64,000 bases of DNA, taken from Octopus sinensis. Lineage: Eukaryota. A program made the position numbers and the translations under genes. Within the stretch, counting starts at the first letter, position 1; each line of letters starts with the position of its first letter. The stretch covers positions 24,614,001 through 24,678,000 of the forward strand of contig NC_042999.1 of NCBI RefSeq assembly GCF_006345805.1, read 5' to 3'. A model generated the notes under the pieces. That model ran no database searches, was not told where the DNA came from, and worked only from the letters and a program-made list of their open reading frames with translations. Positions 23,430 through 37,000 of this stretch are shown here, piece by piece.

Positions 23430-24987
23430 TTCTTGGATGCTCTGAAAGTGTAGCTGCTAGAATAAGAATAGCCTCGGCAAAGTTCAGAGAGCTCCTACCT
23501 CTGCTGGTGACAAAGAGCCTTTCACTCAGAGTAAAAGGTAGACTGTATGACGCATGTGTAGGAACAGCCATGCTACATGGCAGTGAAACATGGGCCGTGA
23601 CTGCTGAGGACATGTGTAAGCTTGCAAGGAATGAAGCCAGTATGCTCCGCTGGATGTGTAATGTCAGTGTGCATACATGACAGAGTGTAAGCGCCCTGAG
23701 AGACAAGTTGGATTTAAGAAGCATTAGATATGGTGTGCAAGAGAGACGACTGCACTGGTATGGTCATGTGTTGTGAATGAATGAGGACAACTGTGCGAAA
23801 AAGACTCACACCCTAGCAGTTGAGGTAACTTGTAGAAGAGGTAGATCCAGAAAAACTTGGGATGAGGTGGTGAAGCACGACCTTTGAACATTGGGCCTTA
23901 CCGAGGCAATGACTAGTGACCGAGACATTTGGAGATATGCTGTGCTTGAGAAGACCCGACAAGCCAAGTGAGACCATAGCCCGTGACCTATGCCAGTGGG
24001 TGTAACCTGCCCACTTATGAGTACCCCTCATTCATTGGACCATAAACTTTGCTTGCAAAGACCTACTGAGGCAAGTGAAATCAAAAACAAAATCGCTGAC
24101 ATGGCCGATGACAGTACCGCCTGATTGGCACTCATGCCAGTAGAACATTAAAAGCATATCCGAGCATGGGGTGTAACCAGTTCACTTATGAGTACCCTTC
24201 ATTCATTGGAAAATAGACTTTGCTTGCAAAGACCCATTGAGGCAAGTGTAAACAAATCAAAATCACTGATATGGCCAATGACAGTTCCGCCTGGTTGGCA
24301 TTTGTGCCAGTGGAATGTTAAAAGCTCATCAGAGCATGATCATTGCCAGGGCAACGGATTGGCTCCCGTGCCAGTGGCATGTAAAAAGCACCATTCGAGC
24401 ATGATCATTGCCAGTATCGCCTGACCGGCACATGTGCTGGTGGTACGTGAAAAACAACATTCGAGCGTGGTCATTGCCAGTGTTGCTGGACTGGCTCCCG
24501 TGCAGGTATCACGTAAAAAACACCTTTTGAGCTTGGTCGTTGCCAGAACTACCTATTTCTTTATTACCCACAAGGGGCTAAACACAGAGGGGACAAACAA
24601 GGACAGACATAGGTATTAAGTCGATTATATCGACCCCAGTGCGTAACTGGTACTTAATTTATCGACCCCGAAAGGATGAAAGGCAAAGTTGACCGTGGCA
24701 GAATTTGAGCTCACAACATAACGGCAGATGAAATACCGCTAAGCATTTCGCCCGGAGTGCTAACGATTCTGCCAGCTCGTTGCCAGAACTACCTGACTGG
24801 CCCTTGTGCTGGTGGCACATAAAAGCACCCACTACACTCCCGGAGTGGTTGGCATTAGGAAAGTCATCCAGCTGTAGAAACTTTGCCTGATCAGATTGAG
24901 CCTGGTGTAGCCGTCTGACTCACCAGTCCTCAGTCAAACCATCCAACCCATGCCAGCATGGATAGCAGACGTTAAATGATGATGATG
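23430..24987 (+). mobile_element. 5'-truncated RTE (BovB-like) LINE with 3' UTR tandem units and (GAT)n tail; parent of family D
   Basis: AARIRIASAKFRELLPLL...[20 protein letters not shown]...QERRLHWYGHV...[16 protein letters not shown]; a family C SINE is nested at ~24555-24780 (minus). Confidence 0.9.
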
Positions 24988-25354
24988 AGATACTATAGAT
25001 ATATTATCTTGATAAACTTTCCTCATGGTGAACTTTCTTCACAGTGAATTGATGGCGGTGAACTTACCTGTAACCACTAGAAAAAGCCTACAAGTCTCCC
25101 TCGTATATCACTTGAATGTTTTTATATAATGAAAGATAAATTTGAAAAAAAAAACATCAACACAAGAGATGGTCATGGTCGGAACACATTTGACTATTAC
25201 TGACTAAACCAGTGGTTCTCATAAATGGATGAAGTTGTGAGGATTGAAAAAAGAGTAGACAAATTACCATGCTTATTAAAATTAGGATAGTTTTAAAACT
25301 TGCCAAACAGCATGGTGAAAAAAAATTAAACAGATAGAAACTCTTCTCATTAAT

Positions 25355-25745
25355 TGCCGGTGGCATGTAGGAGAACCATCCGAACGTGGCCGTTGCCAGC
25401 GCCGCCCCGACTGGCCTCGTACCGGTGGCACGTAAAAAGCACCATCAGTTCGTGGCTGTTGCCAGCCTCGCCTGGCCACCGCGCCAGTGGCACGTAAAAA
25501 GCACCATCCGATCGTGGCCGTTTGCCAGACTCGTCTGGCACCTGTGCCGGTGGCACGTAAAAAGCACTCACTACACTCGCGGAGTGGTTGGCGTTAGGAA
25601 GGGCATCCAGCCGCAGAAACATTGCCAGATCAGACTGGGCCTGGTGCAGCCTTCTGGCTTCCCAGACCCCAGTTGAACCGTCCAACCCATGCCAGCATGG
25701 AAAGCGGACGCTAAGCGATGATGATGATGATGGTGGTGGTGGTGG
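25355..25745 (+). mobile_element. Family D element
   Basis: three to four GC-rich units, core and (GAT)n tail. Confidence 0.85.
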
Positions 25746-26031
25746 TGGTGGGGGAAACATTTTAAAGTAATATTTGAAGTGGAGACTCATAATTTGTCAG
25801 TTTGGGATGCACTGAGCTGGAGAACACTGCTGAGCAACAAATGAACAAATGAGTAAAAAGCAATATACAGATTTTATTTTTCATTAAGATTACACTCAAC
25901 CACCATAAGAACAAGAACCTGATGAGATGAGGGTGCGTGTGTCTGTGTACATATGTGTGTATATAACATATTCAATAACATATTTTTCTAATCCATGCTA
26001 ACATGGAAAATGAATATAAAATTGAATTTTA

Positions 26032-26065
<34 letters not shown>

Positions 26066-26120
26066 AACACACACACACTTACACATATATGAAATGAAAA
26101 AAGTTGTAATTAGATGGTTG

Positions 26121-26208
26121 TCATAAAGATGGAATCATATCTGAGAGTAGTTTGTTAAGATTTTCTGGAGGGCACTTCATGATGGTCAAAAAGTCAGATT
26201 TGAGTTCT
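26121..26208 (-). CDS. MSH3: Probable MSH3 terminal coding exon
   Basis: tttttcttaatattttcag|AGAACTC; completes R, then [28 protein letters not shown]; AATAAA-type motifs about 85-95 nt downstream (26028-26040). Confidence 0.6.
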
Positions 26209-29200
26209 CTGAAAATATTAAGAAAAATGTATCAGAATTTAGTTCAATAAATATATCTTTATATATAAAAGTGAAGTTGTGTGTCTGTCTCCTACGATTT
26301 AGATTCCTAACTACTCCCACATTTTGCGGTGCAGTGTAACCAAAAGCGGGTATCTTATAGTTGTGATTTATATCGAGCCCTTCTGGGTATTAGCGCGTGT
26401 CTACGATGAGTCTACGATTTTAAAAAAAATTCACCATCATTTTTTCCATTTTAATGCATTTTTTCGCTATTATAGAAGGGAAGTAACTCTCTAAAAATGT
26501 CTACGATGAGTCAACGATTAAAAATAAAATTTACCATAATTTTTTTTCCATTTTTAATGCATTTTTTTGCTACTTTTTGGCTATAACTCTCTAAAAATGC
26601 TTATATAGTTATTTCCCTTACAAACCCGAGCAACGCCGGGTGATACTGCTAGTATTTCATATAAACAGAATAACAAGAAAACTACAAGCTAAAAGACAGA
26701 CTCTGACTACACTTGACACATATTGGTATTGGGTGGAATTCTGGTTTAAGCACCCCCTAATTAATCATTCAATTTTTTTTTTCAAATTTTCAGAAAATTT
26801 TTGTGAATTTGTGTTCTATACAGAGGAATTTATACGATTATGCAAAAAAGAAAAGAAAATGGTTTTGTGTGTGATTTAGCTGCTATTTTTAGTACATCTC
26901 ACGACCACCTGATACATTCCTCATTCCTTTGTCATTCTGACATATATTGATGTTTTTCAAGAGTTTTCTGCCCACGAACACTTTTGATGGAATGATGATG
27001 CACCCAAGGTTGGTCTATTGCTGGGATTTAACCAAAAACTCAGACTATCCATATTTTAAACTCTGATTTTTAAAAAAAATTGGAAAAAGAGTGGAACTTT
27101 TAGGCCTTATTTGGGTTAAAAATTTGTTTTTAAGAGCCACTTTGCGGGTCAGAGTATTGAGTTTTTCTATAAAATACTGAACTGTCACAAACTGAATAAT
27201 AAAAAGGGCAATTTGATTGGTTAAAATTAATATATCAAAAAACCACACAGGTAGTCCAGATTTTGATTTTGCTTCACCCAATCGGCAGTTATGTCAGAAT
27301 TATCATGTACTTGCAAAAAAAGGTAGATGTATAAGTTATGGAGAATGTTACAGATGTGGATGCACATGTCATGGCGATAATAAATGCAACGAAAATGTAA
27401 ACACACATGCCACAAAGAGAATAGGACTTATGGGAGGTGTCAGCACACGTAAAACTAATATAAATACAAGAAAACATAGTGTGTATAGGGAAGAAGAGGA
27501 TTCTGAACCAGAAGCTAAGTATAGGAAAACAGGTGAAATACCTTAGAGATTTAAAGAAAACTTTGAAAATTTTTTTAAAAATTGACATTTTCGAGAAAAT
27601 AAAGGATTTTTGAGAATTTTATAAATATGCGACACAAAATATATAATACTGCAGCTATAGCATGATTTTACTGAGTTTTGGTAGTTTAGGGCTCTACAAA
27701 ACTGAGTCAAACTTCCATACTCTGAGTTTTGTAACAACTCTTAAATTCGCAAAAATCAAAATAGTTATGAGGGGTTAAGGTTTTATTATTTTTTCTTACC
27801 TCCATACAGTTGACAGCAACAGAGATGATAAGGTGTTTTTGACAAATTTAGATATGTGCATACTCTTTTACTTGTTTCAGTCATTTGACTGTGGCCATGC
27901 TGGAGCACCGCCTTTAGTCGAGCAAATCGACCCCAGGACTTATTCTTTGTAAGCCTAGTACTTATTCTAACAGTCTCCTTTGCCAAACCACTAAGTTACA
28001 GGGATGTAAACACACCAGCATCGGTTGTCAAGTGATGTTGGAGAGACAAACACAAACACATAAACACACACATACATATATATATATACATATATACGAC
28101 GGGCTTCTTTCAGTTTCCATCTACCAAATCCACTCACAAGGCTTTGGTTGACCCGAGGCTATAGTAGAAGACACTTACCCAAGGTGCCACGCAGTGGGAA
28201 TGAACCCGGAACCATGTGGTTGGTAAGCAAGCTACCTACCACACAGCCACTCCTATGCCTGATGAACTAATAATCTTTATGGATGGATGTTTTTATTAAT
28301 CACTTAAACCCTTTCATGCCTATCTTCTTATGACATAATACTCATAGTTTCAATTATTTTTGCAAATAATGAAGAATTTAAGTGCATTTAATAAACTAAC
28401 TTTTACATTTCTTTTTCTACCAAGCTCATGGAAAGGTTCTGACATAAGATGATGATAGCATGTTTAAATATGAATACTTCAAAACAGGCAGTTTTGTTTC
28501 ATAGGACCAGAGATAGTATTTGGTAGCATGAAAATGAGGTATCCTTTAGCTGGTCACTTGACATGCTGGAAATAACAACCAAATCACACACTACTGTCTA
28601 AGAAAAGAGGTCACACTGAAAAAAATCTTAGTCTGGTATATCTTTGAGGTGTAATTGGTGAAGTAGGCTGTTGTTAAAAATAGATCAAATTATTAGGCTT
28701 AATTGTTGTATTTTAGTTACATTTTCCTCATCATCATTATGACAAATATTCCCAGCACCATCACTATTAGTATAGTTTTAACATCTGTAGGTGTGTTGTT
28801 TAGCATGAAGTCAGCCCTGTTTTAGCAGGCCATCTTAAAAAAAGGCAGGATACAGTGAATAATGTAGATAATGTTGAAAACAAAATTTTAAAAAAAGGAC
28901 TAGATTGTTATACCAGGAACACATTTATAGTGCTTAGTACTAACAAGAAATAAAACACAAATGAATATAATAGGTCACGTGTGTTTTGACTGTGCTAACT
29001 CTTCCAAGATATAATTATTTCAGTTTCAACATCTCAGATCTAGTTACTACTAAACAAATACAACTGAAATGAAGGAAGTTGTTTCTAATGTAAACAGACT
29101 TTAAAATGAGAATTCCAGAAATGAACCAACAGTATTCTGGTCTATAAGAAATGTTTTATGTACGACAAATATGTGTAATAATAGACAAACGTGTAATAAT

Positions 29201-30825
29201 ATAAACATAGGTATTGACAGATACATATGTACTAATATAAGAGATAAGATTGTAATTACACAACATAAGAATAAATAACAGATATATATGTAAATGATAT
29301 GACATATATTTGTAACATAAGACATACCTATTTTTATTCAAGGAGTTCTCCAATTGATGTGATTTTTTTCTTGCCTTTTCTAATATTTCAGCTGGAATAT
29401 GGGCAAGACGTGCAACATTTAATCCATAACTGTGAGCAGCCATTCCTCTGACAAGCTGATAGAGGAATGTTACAGCATCCGAGGCATCATATTCTACCAA
29501 AATACCAACATCATTCATGTATATTTGACAGTTATTAAATTCTATTTTTAATCATAAGAGAAAATATTTTGGATCTTTTCGGTTTGAACGGCAGCTTTTA
29601 ACATAATTTCTAGGTAACTAAAAAATTTTAAACTTCGTATACTGGTAGAATGTGTTTATAAAACATCTTTTTCTCTTGGCTTTATTGAGAAAATTCTATA
29701 GTTTGTAAGATATTTGGTCTTTAATTTCTTGCATTTCGGCAATTTCAACCAATCATTGACCATCTGTTGAGGTGAAAACATTTTGTGCCATATGAATATG
29801 TCCCTCGTTTAAGAAACAGATTGGGTTTATTTACATTTGTGAAGAAAAAAAGACACCCTTCCCCCTAACCCTAACTCTAAAACAGATTGAAATGCAATAG
29901 ATCGATACTAGGGTCATAATTATGGGTGATAATTTCATATGACACTGCTAGAAAAAATGGCCGTTCAAACTGAAAAGAACCAATATTTTTAACAACTTTC
30001 AAATTGTATTCCCCATTTCATTTATTTAACCCCCTATTGTCATTATTTAACCATTTCTTTGGTTTCTCTAGTATGTTGTAGGTCAGGTGTAGAAATAGGT
30101 GTGGTTAAGAATGGGATATAGAGATAGCTGTGTTAAGAATATCGTGTTTTGATATGGCTAAGTAGATAAGGATGGGGGTTAGAGTTGGAGGTGGGGTTGT
30201 AAATGGGAAATAGTCATGGTTGTTTAGGGGAAAGGCTGTGGGTGAAAAAAAAATCACAAATCAATTGACAGCATGACCCTCCCAAAGTAAAACATTTCAC
30301 TTCTCTCTCTCTCTCTCACACACGTACTTGCATACACCCTTGTGAACACACTATGTTTACAACTATGTGAGTCCGATATTGATTAATGCAAGTGTTCATG
30401 ATCCCAGTTATACATATAAAAGATGGCAGAAAAATGGATAGTTGTTATACAATTAATACTGACCTTCATTTTCACTTGATTTTGAGTGGACAAGAAAAGA
30501 CATGTGATAGTTGTGAACAAAATCTGGATACATATCTCCAAACTGTCCTAGTAACTGGTAATGGGTGACAAACAGAGTGATACACTTTACCTAACAATGG
30601 AAAAGATGGATGCACGATAATACATATAAAATAATTTAAAAACACATATACATACACATAGGCGCAGGAGTGGCTGTGTGGTAAGTAGCTTGCTTACCAA
30701 CCACATGGTTCCGGGTTCAGTCCCACTGCGTCGCATCTTTGGCAAGTGTCTTCTGCTATTGCCCCGGGCCGACCAATGCCTTGTGAGTGGATTTGGTAGA
30801 CGGAAACTGAAAGATGCCTGTCGTA

Positions 30826-30878
<53 letters not shown>

Positions 30879-32671
30879 GTGTTGTGGGTATATGTTTGTG
30901 TGTCTGTGTTTGTCCCCCTAGCATTGCTTGACAACCGATGCTGGTGTGTTTATGTCCCCGTCACTTAGCGGTTCGGCAAAAGAGACCGATAGAATAAGTA
31001 CTAGGCTTACAAAGAATAAGTCCCGGGGTCGAGTTGCTCGATTAAAGGTGGTGCTCCAGCATGGCCGCAGTCAAATGACTGAAACAGGTAAAAGAGAGTA
31101 AAAGAGTATATATATGGAACCCTGTATGCAACCAGCCACAGGTAAATAATGAAATGCATTATAATTAAACTAAGTGAAACCAAGTTTATTGAGTGACAGA
31201 CATTTTGAAAAGTCACCTGACGCGACATGTCTGCACTGAAGAATGCAGCAGAACCAGTCGACCAGATGTGGGTTAATAAAGTATCTTGTGAATTCCATTT
31301 TCTCTTTCTCATTTGTCATATTTTTACACACACACACACACACCCTCTATGCTGATGACCTTGTTCTTATAGCAGAATCCCAACCAGAACTAGAGAATTT
31401 CAGACAAGGAAGCTAGGTCTAAATCAAAGGGCTTTAGAGTTAATCTAGCAAAAACCAAAATCTTAGTAAGTAGGAGAGCAGACAAATCACAAGTCCCTTG
31501 AGGTAGATGGTCCTGCTTGAAATGTAGAAAAGGCATAGGTAGAAACTCCATAAGATATACATGGTGTAAGTTATGGACACATGAGAGGTGCAACAATATC
31601 AGGGGAAGGTTAACAAAAAAATAGTTTTTGTGCATGGAAGGTGCACAGGTATAATTAACACTAAAAGTGTACTGAAAATAGACTCCATCAAATGCCAGGC
31701 AGGGAAACTAGTAGTTGATAGCTTCCATTACCTAGGTAGCCAAGTCAGTAGCTGGGGTGGATGCTCCGAGAGTGAAGCTACTAGAATAAGAAAAGGCTGG
31801 GCAAAGTTCAGAGAGCTCCTATCTCTGCTGGTAATAAAGGGCTTCTTTTTCAGAGTGAAAGGCAAACTATATGATGCCTTTGTGTGAACAGCCATGCTAC
31901 ATGGCAGTGAAACATGGTCTGTGATTGCAGAGGATATGCGTAGGCTTGTAAGAAATGAAGCTAGTATGCTTTGCTGGATGTGTAATGTCAGTGTGCATGC
32001 ATGACAGAGTGTAAGCATCCTGAGAGAAAAGTCGGGCATAAGCGGCATCAGATGTGGTGTGCAAGAGAGATGACTGTGCAGGTATGGTCATGTTATGCAT
32101 ATGGACAAAGACAGCTGTGTGAAGAAATGACGTACTCTAACGGTGAAGGGAACCTGTGGAAAAGGTAAACCCAAGAAGACATGGGATGAAGTGGTGAAGC
32201 ATGATCTTCAAATATTGGACCTCACAGAGGCAATGACTTGTGACTGAGACCTTTGATGATATGCCATGCTTGAGAAGACCTGTGAAGCCAAGTGAGATCA
32301 TAGTCATGGTCAGTGCTTTTGAATGATGGGCAATATGCTGTCAAGCCAAGTGAAATTGTAGAGGAAAAAGAGAGGCAAGAAGTAAACAACTGGAATCAGA
32401 AAAGAACAGTTCTTACGTCTTCGGTAAAATAACGAAGAGTAGCATTAGCAATAGCAAGACCATCGTGTGTGCTGGTGCCGCGTCCAAGTTCATCCAGGAT
32501 CACAAGAGATCGATTTGTAGCGGAATTCATTATTTCTGATGCTTCTTGTAGCTCCACCATAAATGTACTGCGGCCTCTGTAGATATCATCAGCAGCACCC
32601 ATCCTAATATAATAATGGAAGACAATATTATTTAAAACATTAAGCAATTCTTCCCAACATCAACAAATACG

Positions 32672-32702
<31 letters not shown>

Positions 32703-33205
32703 CTATATATATATATATATACCAGAGTAAACACATAAATGTGAAACAAGGTGGAAAAAAGAGTACTCAAATACCAGTGGTAGAGTAAAATGCTTTATTT
32801 AAAGCAGCAGAAAATTCAACAAAACCTGTTACTCTGAGTTTTACGTTGCCTTTCATCGGACAGTTTTTGCTAGAATAGAACCGATATCGGTTCTATTCTA
32901 GCAAAAACTGTCCGATGAACGGCAACGTAAAACTCAGAGTAACAGGTTTTGTTGAATTTTCTGCTGCTTTAAATAAAGTATATATATATATTGTCAATAA
33001 TAAAAGGGTAAAATTAATTAATTATTAATTAATAATTTTACCAAGTAGTGTTCAGTATGTAAAAAGACCATTTACGGTATATTTAAAACATTACGTTATA
33101 TAATTAGGGTTCAGTAAAATAAATTACTTTACCACACACCGAACTTTTAGAAATAGCAGCCAAAACATTTCACTATTCCCTCTAATAATAATAATAATAA
33201 TAATA

Positions 33206-33242
<37 letters not shown>

Positions 33243-33949
33243 TGTGTACAGTGCTCAGGTGCACTACAACTCATCTAAAGTGTATATATAATCAGGTGTA
33301 GTTTCGGCGGATTTCGGAAAGCATGAGGGCCTTAAAAGATGCAGTGTCATGGCAGTCAACAACTGACGCAGGCAGTTTATTCCATGCTTCAGCAACTCTG
33401 AGCATGAAAAAATGTTTCCAAAAGTCATGGGAGCTGTATTGTTTTCTGACTTTGTAGGCATGTCCACGTGTGTTAGACACATGGAGATCAAAAAGGTGTT
33501 CAGTGTTGTTGGTGAGGTGGTTGATAACTTTGTGGGTGTTTACCAAGTCCGTCGCCAAACGCCAGAGCTTCAGTGAATCCATGCCCAGGGAAACAAGGCG
33601 CTCAGAATATGGTAGGTGTCTGATGGAGGGTATGCGTTTGGTTGCACGTCTCTGGACAGATTCCAGGAGGTCAATGTTCTGTACTATAAGAAAAGTCTCC
33701 CAGACAATGTATACTCAAAAATAATTCACGCAGGTATAGAGGGAAAACAACGAAAGATCACACGTATATCGATTACTTGAGAACGCCATCTCTATGTCTA
33801 ACTAAACCAGAAACGGCGTTCTCAAGTAATCGATGTACGTGTGTTATTTTTAAGTATACATTTTCTTATAGTAGAGGAAATAGTGAAATTTTTTGGCTGC
33901 TATTTCTAAAAGTTCGGTGTGTGGTAAAGTAAATTTTTTTACTGAACCC

Positions 33950-34001
<52 letters not shown>

Positions 34002-37000
34002 TATATATATAACAAAAGAGTACCTAACACAACCAAGCTTTTACATGTTACTTTTGACAATATTTTTCTAAAAAAGTGAAACTGGTCAAGTAAATAAACA
34101 TCTTTTAAAATTGCATTCTCAAACCTTCTTTCATATATAATTCCACTCGTGAGTTACCTTACAACTCCACTTCGTTATATATATAGATATATATATACAT
34201 ATTATTATATATATATGAGCCAGAGGACTGGGTTTCTTTGTCAGCTCTGGCATGGTTTCTACATCTGGATGCCGTTCTTAATGCCAACCACTTTACAGAG
34301 TGTAAGCCTCGCCTGGCCCTTGTGCCAGTGGCACATAAAAAGCACCATCCGTTCGTGGCCGTTTGCCAGCTCTGTCTGGCACCTGTGCGGGTGGCACGTA
34401 AAAAGCACCCACTACACTCACGGAGTGGTTGGCGTTAGGAAGGGCATCCAGCCGTAGAAACACTGCCAGATTTGACTGGGCCTGATGAAGCCTTCTGGCT
34501 TCACAGACCCCAGTAGAACCGTCCAACCCATGCTAGCATGGAAAACGGACGCTAAACGATGATGATGATGATATATATATATTTATATATATATATATAT
34601 ATATAAATAAAACCAATGAACAATGTTCTTACTTACCGTGTATAGATGGCATCAAATATACCAAGTGTTGCTGATTTGGCAGGCACATATGAACCTATCT
34701 GAGCCATGAGGACAATCAAGGCCACTTGTCGAATGTAGGAGCTCTTCCCACCCATATTAGGACCAGTTATCATCATAACTCGATGTTTTGCAGCCTGAAC
34801 AACAATATAGAACAAAATATGTTTTTATGGTTTGGAAATAAATTATACTAGATGATATAATTTTTAATATTAACTGATACAAACATGAATTTGAAGAAGA
34901 AAAGAAGAAACAGGCTCAAAGTTTATATTTGAGCCATATATTTAAAACTTAAGTAGCACCTGTGTAGAGCTGCATTTCCATGGAATCCTTGGGTTTAGCA
35001 AGAAATAATGATAAAGAGGCAAGCAAAATGCAAATGCATGTTTTAGTCACTTTTGTGTTTAATTGCAAAATGGGTCTTTTTTGGAAAACTTTTCACCAGT
35101 ATACGAAGTTTAAAATTTTTTAGTTACCTAGAAATTATGTTAAAAACTGCTGTTCAAACCGAAAAGATCCATATAAACTATACCATGATGCAAGTATTTT
35201 ACTTTCAACACGAGTTTTAAGCAAATTTCTGATCACATAAATAAAGCATGGAGTGTGTGTGTTAGATAGCAACAAAAATAGATATGGAGTAATTTATTCA
35301 AACACAGCGTTTTTGTAACCACAAGCAATTTCTTCAACTGGTTATTGATATAAAAAAAGTGGATTCCAATCACATTATTTGCTTAATATTATCAGCTGCT
35401 TATTGTTATTGAAGATGCTTGATCCCAATAATCATCTCTCACAACAAAACTTAGGGTAAAAACAAGAAAGTAAAAGATGAAGGAGACAATATCTTCGTAC
35501 ATTCAAATTGGTATCATTCGCAACATATTGCTGGTGTTCACTTAGTAACAAGTTCACTATGGGATTACAGCCATCTTCTATCATGATACAGTTTTCGTTG
35601 TCAACCATTTGGGGCCTAAAATTGAGAGAGGTGAGTATTACATGAGAAATTAAATACTTTACAAAAAGAAACAGAATATTAAGCCACAATGTTATCATCA
35701 ATGGTGGTGACCAATAGCATTATATCAACCAACCAACTAACCAACAGCATCACCATAAAAATTATCCTCACAAGCCAATGAGGGAGCCTCTGAGTAGTCA
35801 CTTGACTTGGTAGAAGTAACAGCTGATCTCCTTCAAAAAACACTCCACTCTGGAATGCCTTTGATAATAAATCTACAGTATCAGTGTTGAACCAGAAAAT
35901 AACAATGACTTTTAATGCTACATCCAATTATGACCACCACTAGTGTTTGACTGATATTCTAGCCAAGACCATTCTCATTTCTTTTCTAGTGTATTATATC
36001 TGAGATTATGATATCCAGTATGTTCATCCATGTTTTAGAATGAAATTTGGCTGCCTTTTACAACAGTGGCCTACATAGATACTGCTTCTCAGCCAGGTTT
36101 GCTCAAGGTTGACCTGGGCTAAACAACAACAATTATATTTCATAGCACTTAGCACTTTGCTCTATCACCCACTCCAATGCATCCCTCTAGAGCAGTGCTT
36201 TTTAAACTTGCATTTTCCTCTAATTAGTAACCACCAAAAGCCCAAAGTCAGCATTCTTTTTTTACTTTGTAGTTAATGGCACACAAAAAGCACCATCCAA
36301 ACGTGGTCAATGCCAGCGCCACCTTGGCTGGCTTCTGTGCTGGTGGCACGTTAAAAGCACCAACCGATCTTGGCCGATGCCAGACTCCCCTGGCACCTGC
36401 GCTGGTGGCAAGTAAAAAACACCCACTACACTCGCGGAGTGGTTGGCGTTAGGAAGGGCATCCAGCTGTAGAAACACTGCCAGATCAGACTGGAGCCTGG
36501 TGCAGCCCCTGGCTTCCCAGACCCCGGTCGAAGCGTCCAACCCGTGCTAGTGCAGAAAACAGACGTTAAACGATGATGATGATGATGAAGGAAGGGAAGA
36601 ACTCATGATCCCTTTACAGGGCTTTGAGACTGGTGGTATCTGGTTTGAACCAGAAACCTGATGTGAATGCTTGTAACAAAGTATATTCTGCTAAAAACAC
36701 CCAAGGACCACCCAAATAAGCTTTTGATTTCCTCCATACACCAATCTAGTAGGGCCTTAGATTCAATCATTAATAAAAGTCACAATCAGCTTCCCACCTC
36801 ACCACAGTCAACCAGTACTTCTATTATAACCACAACCACTACCATTACTACACCTGTAATCAACAACCAGCCACTACCTTGCATTCAACCACCACTTCCA
36901 ATCCCAACACTACATCCCCACCTGTACTAACTACCACCTTCACCAAGAATTATTTCTCTGTATTCAAACATCACCACTACTACAACCTCTACTAGTACCT

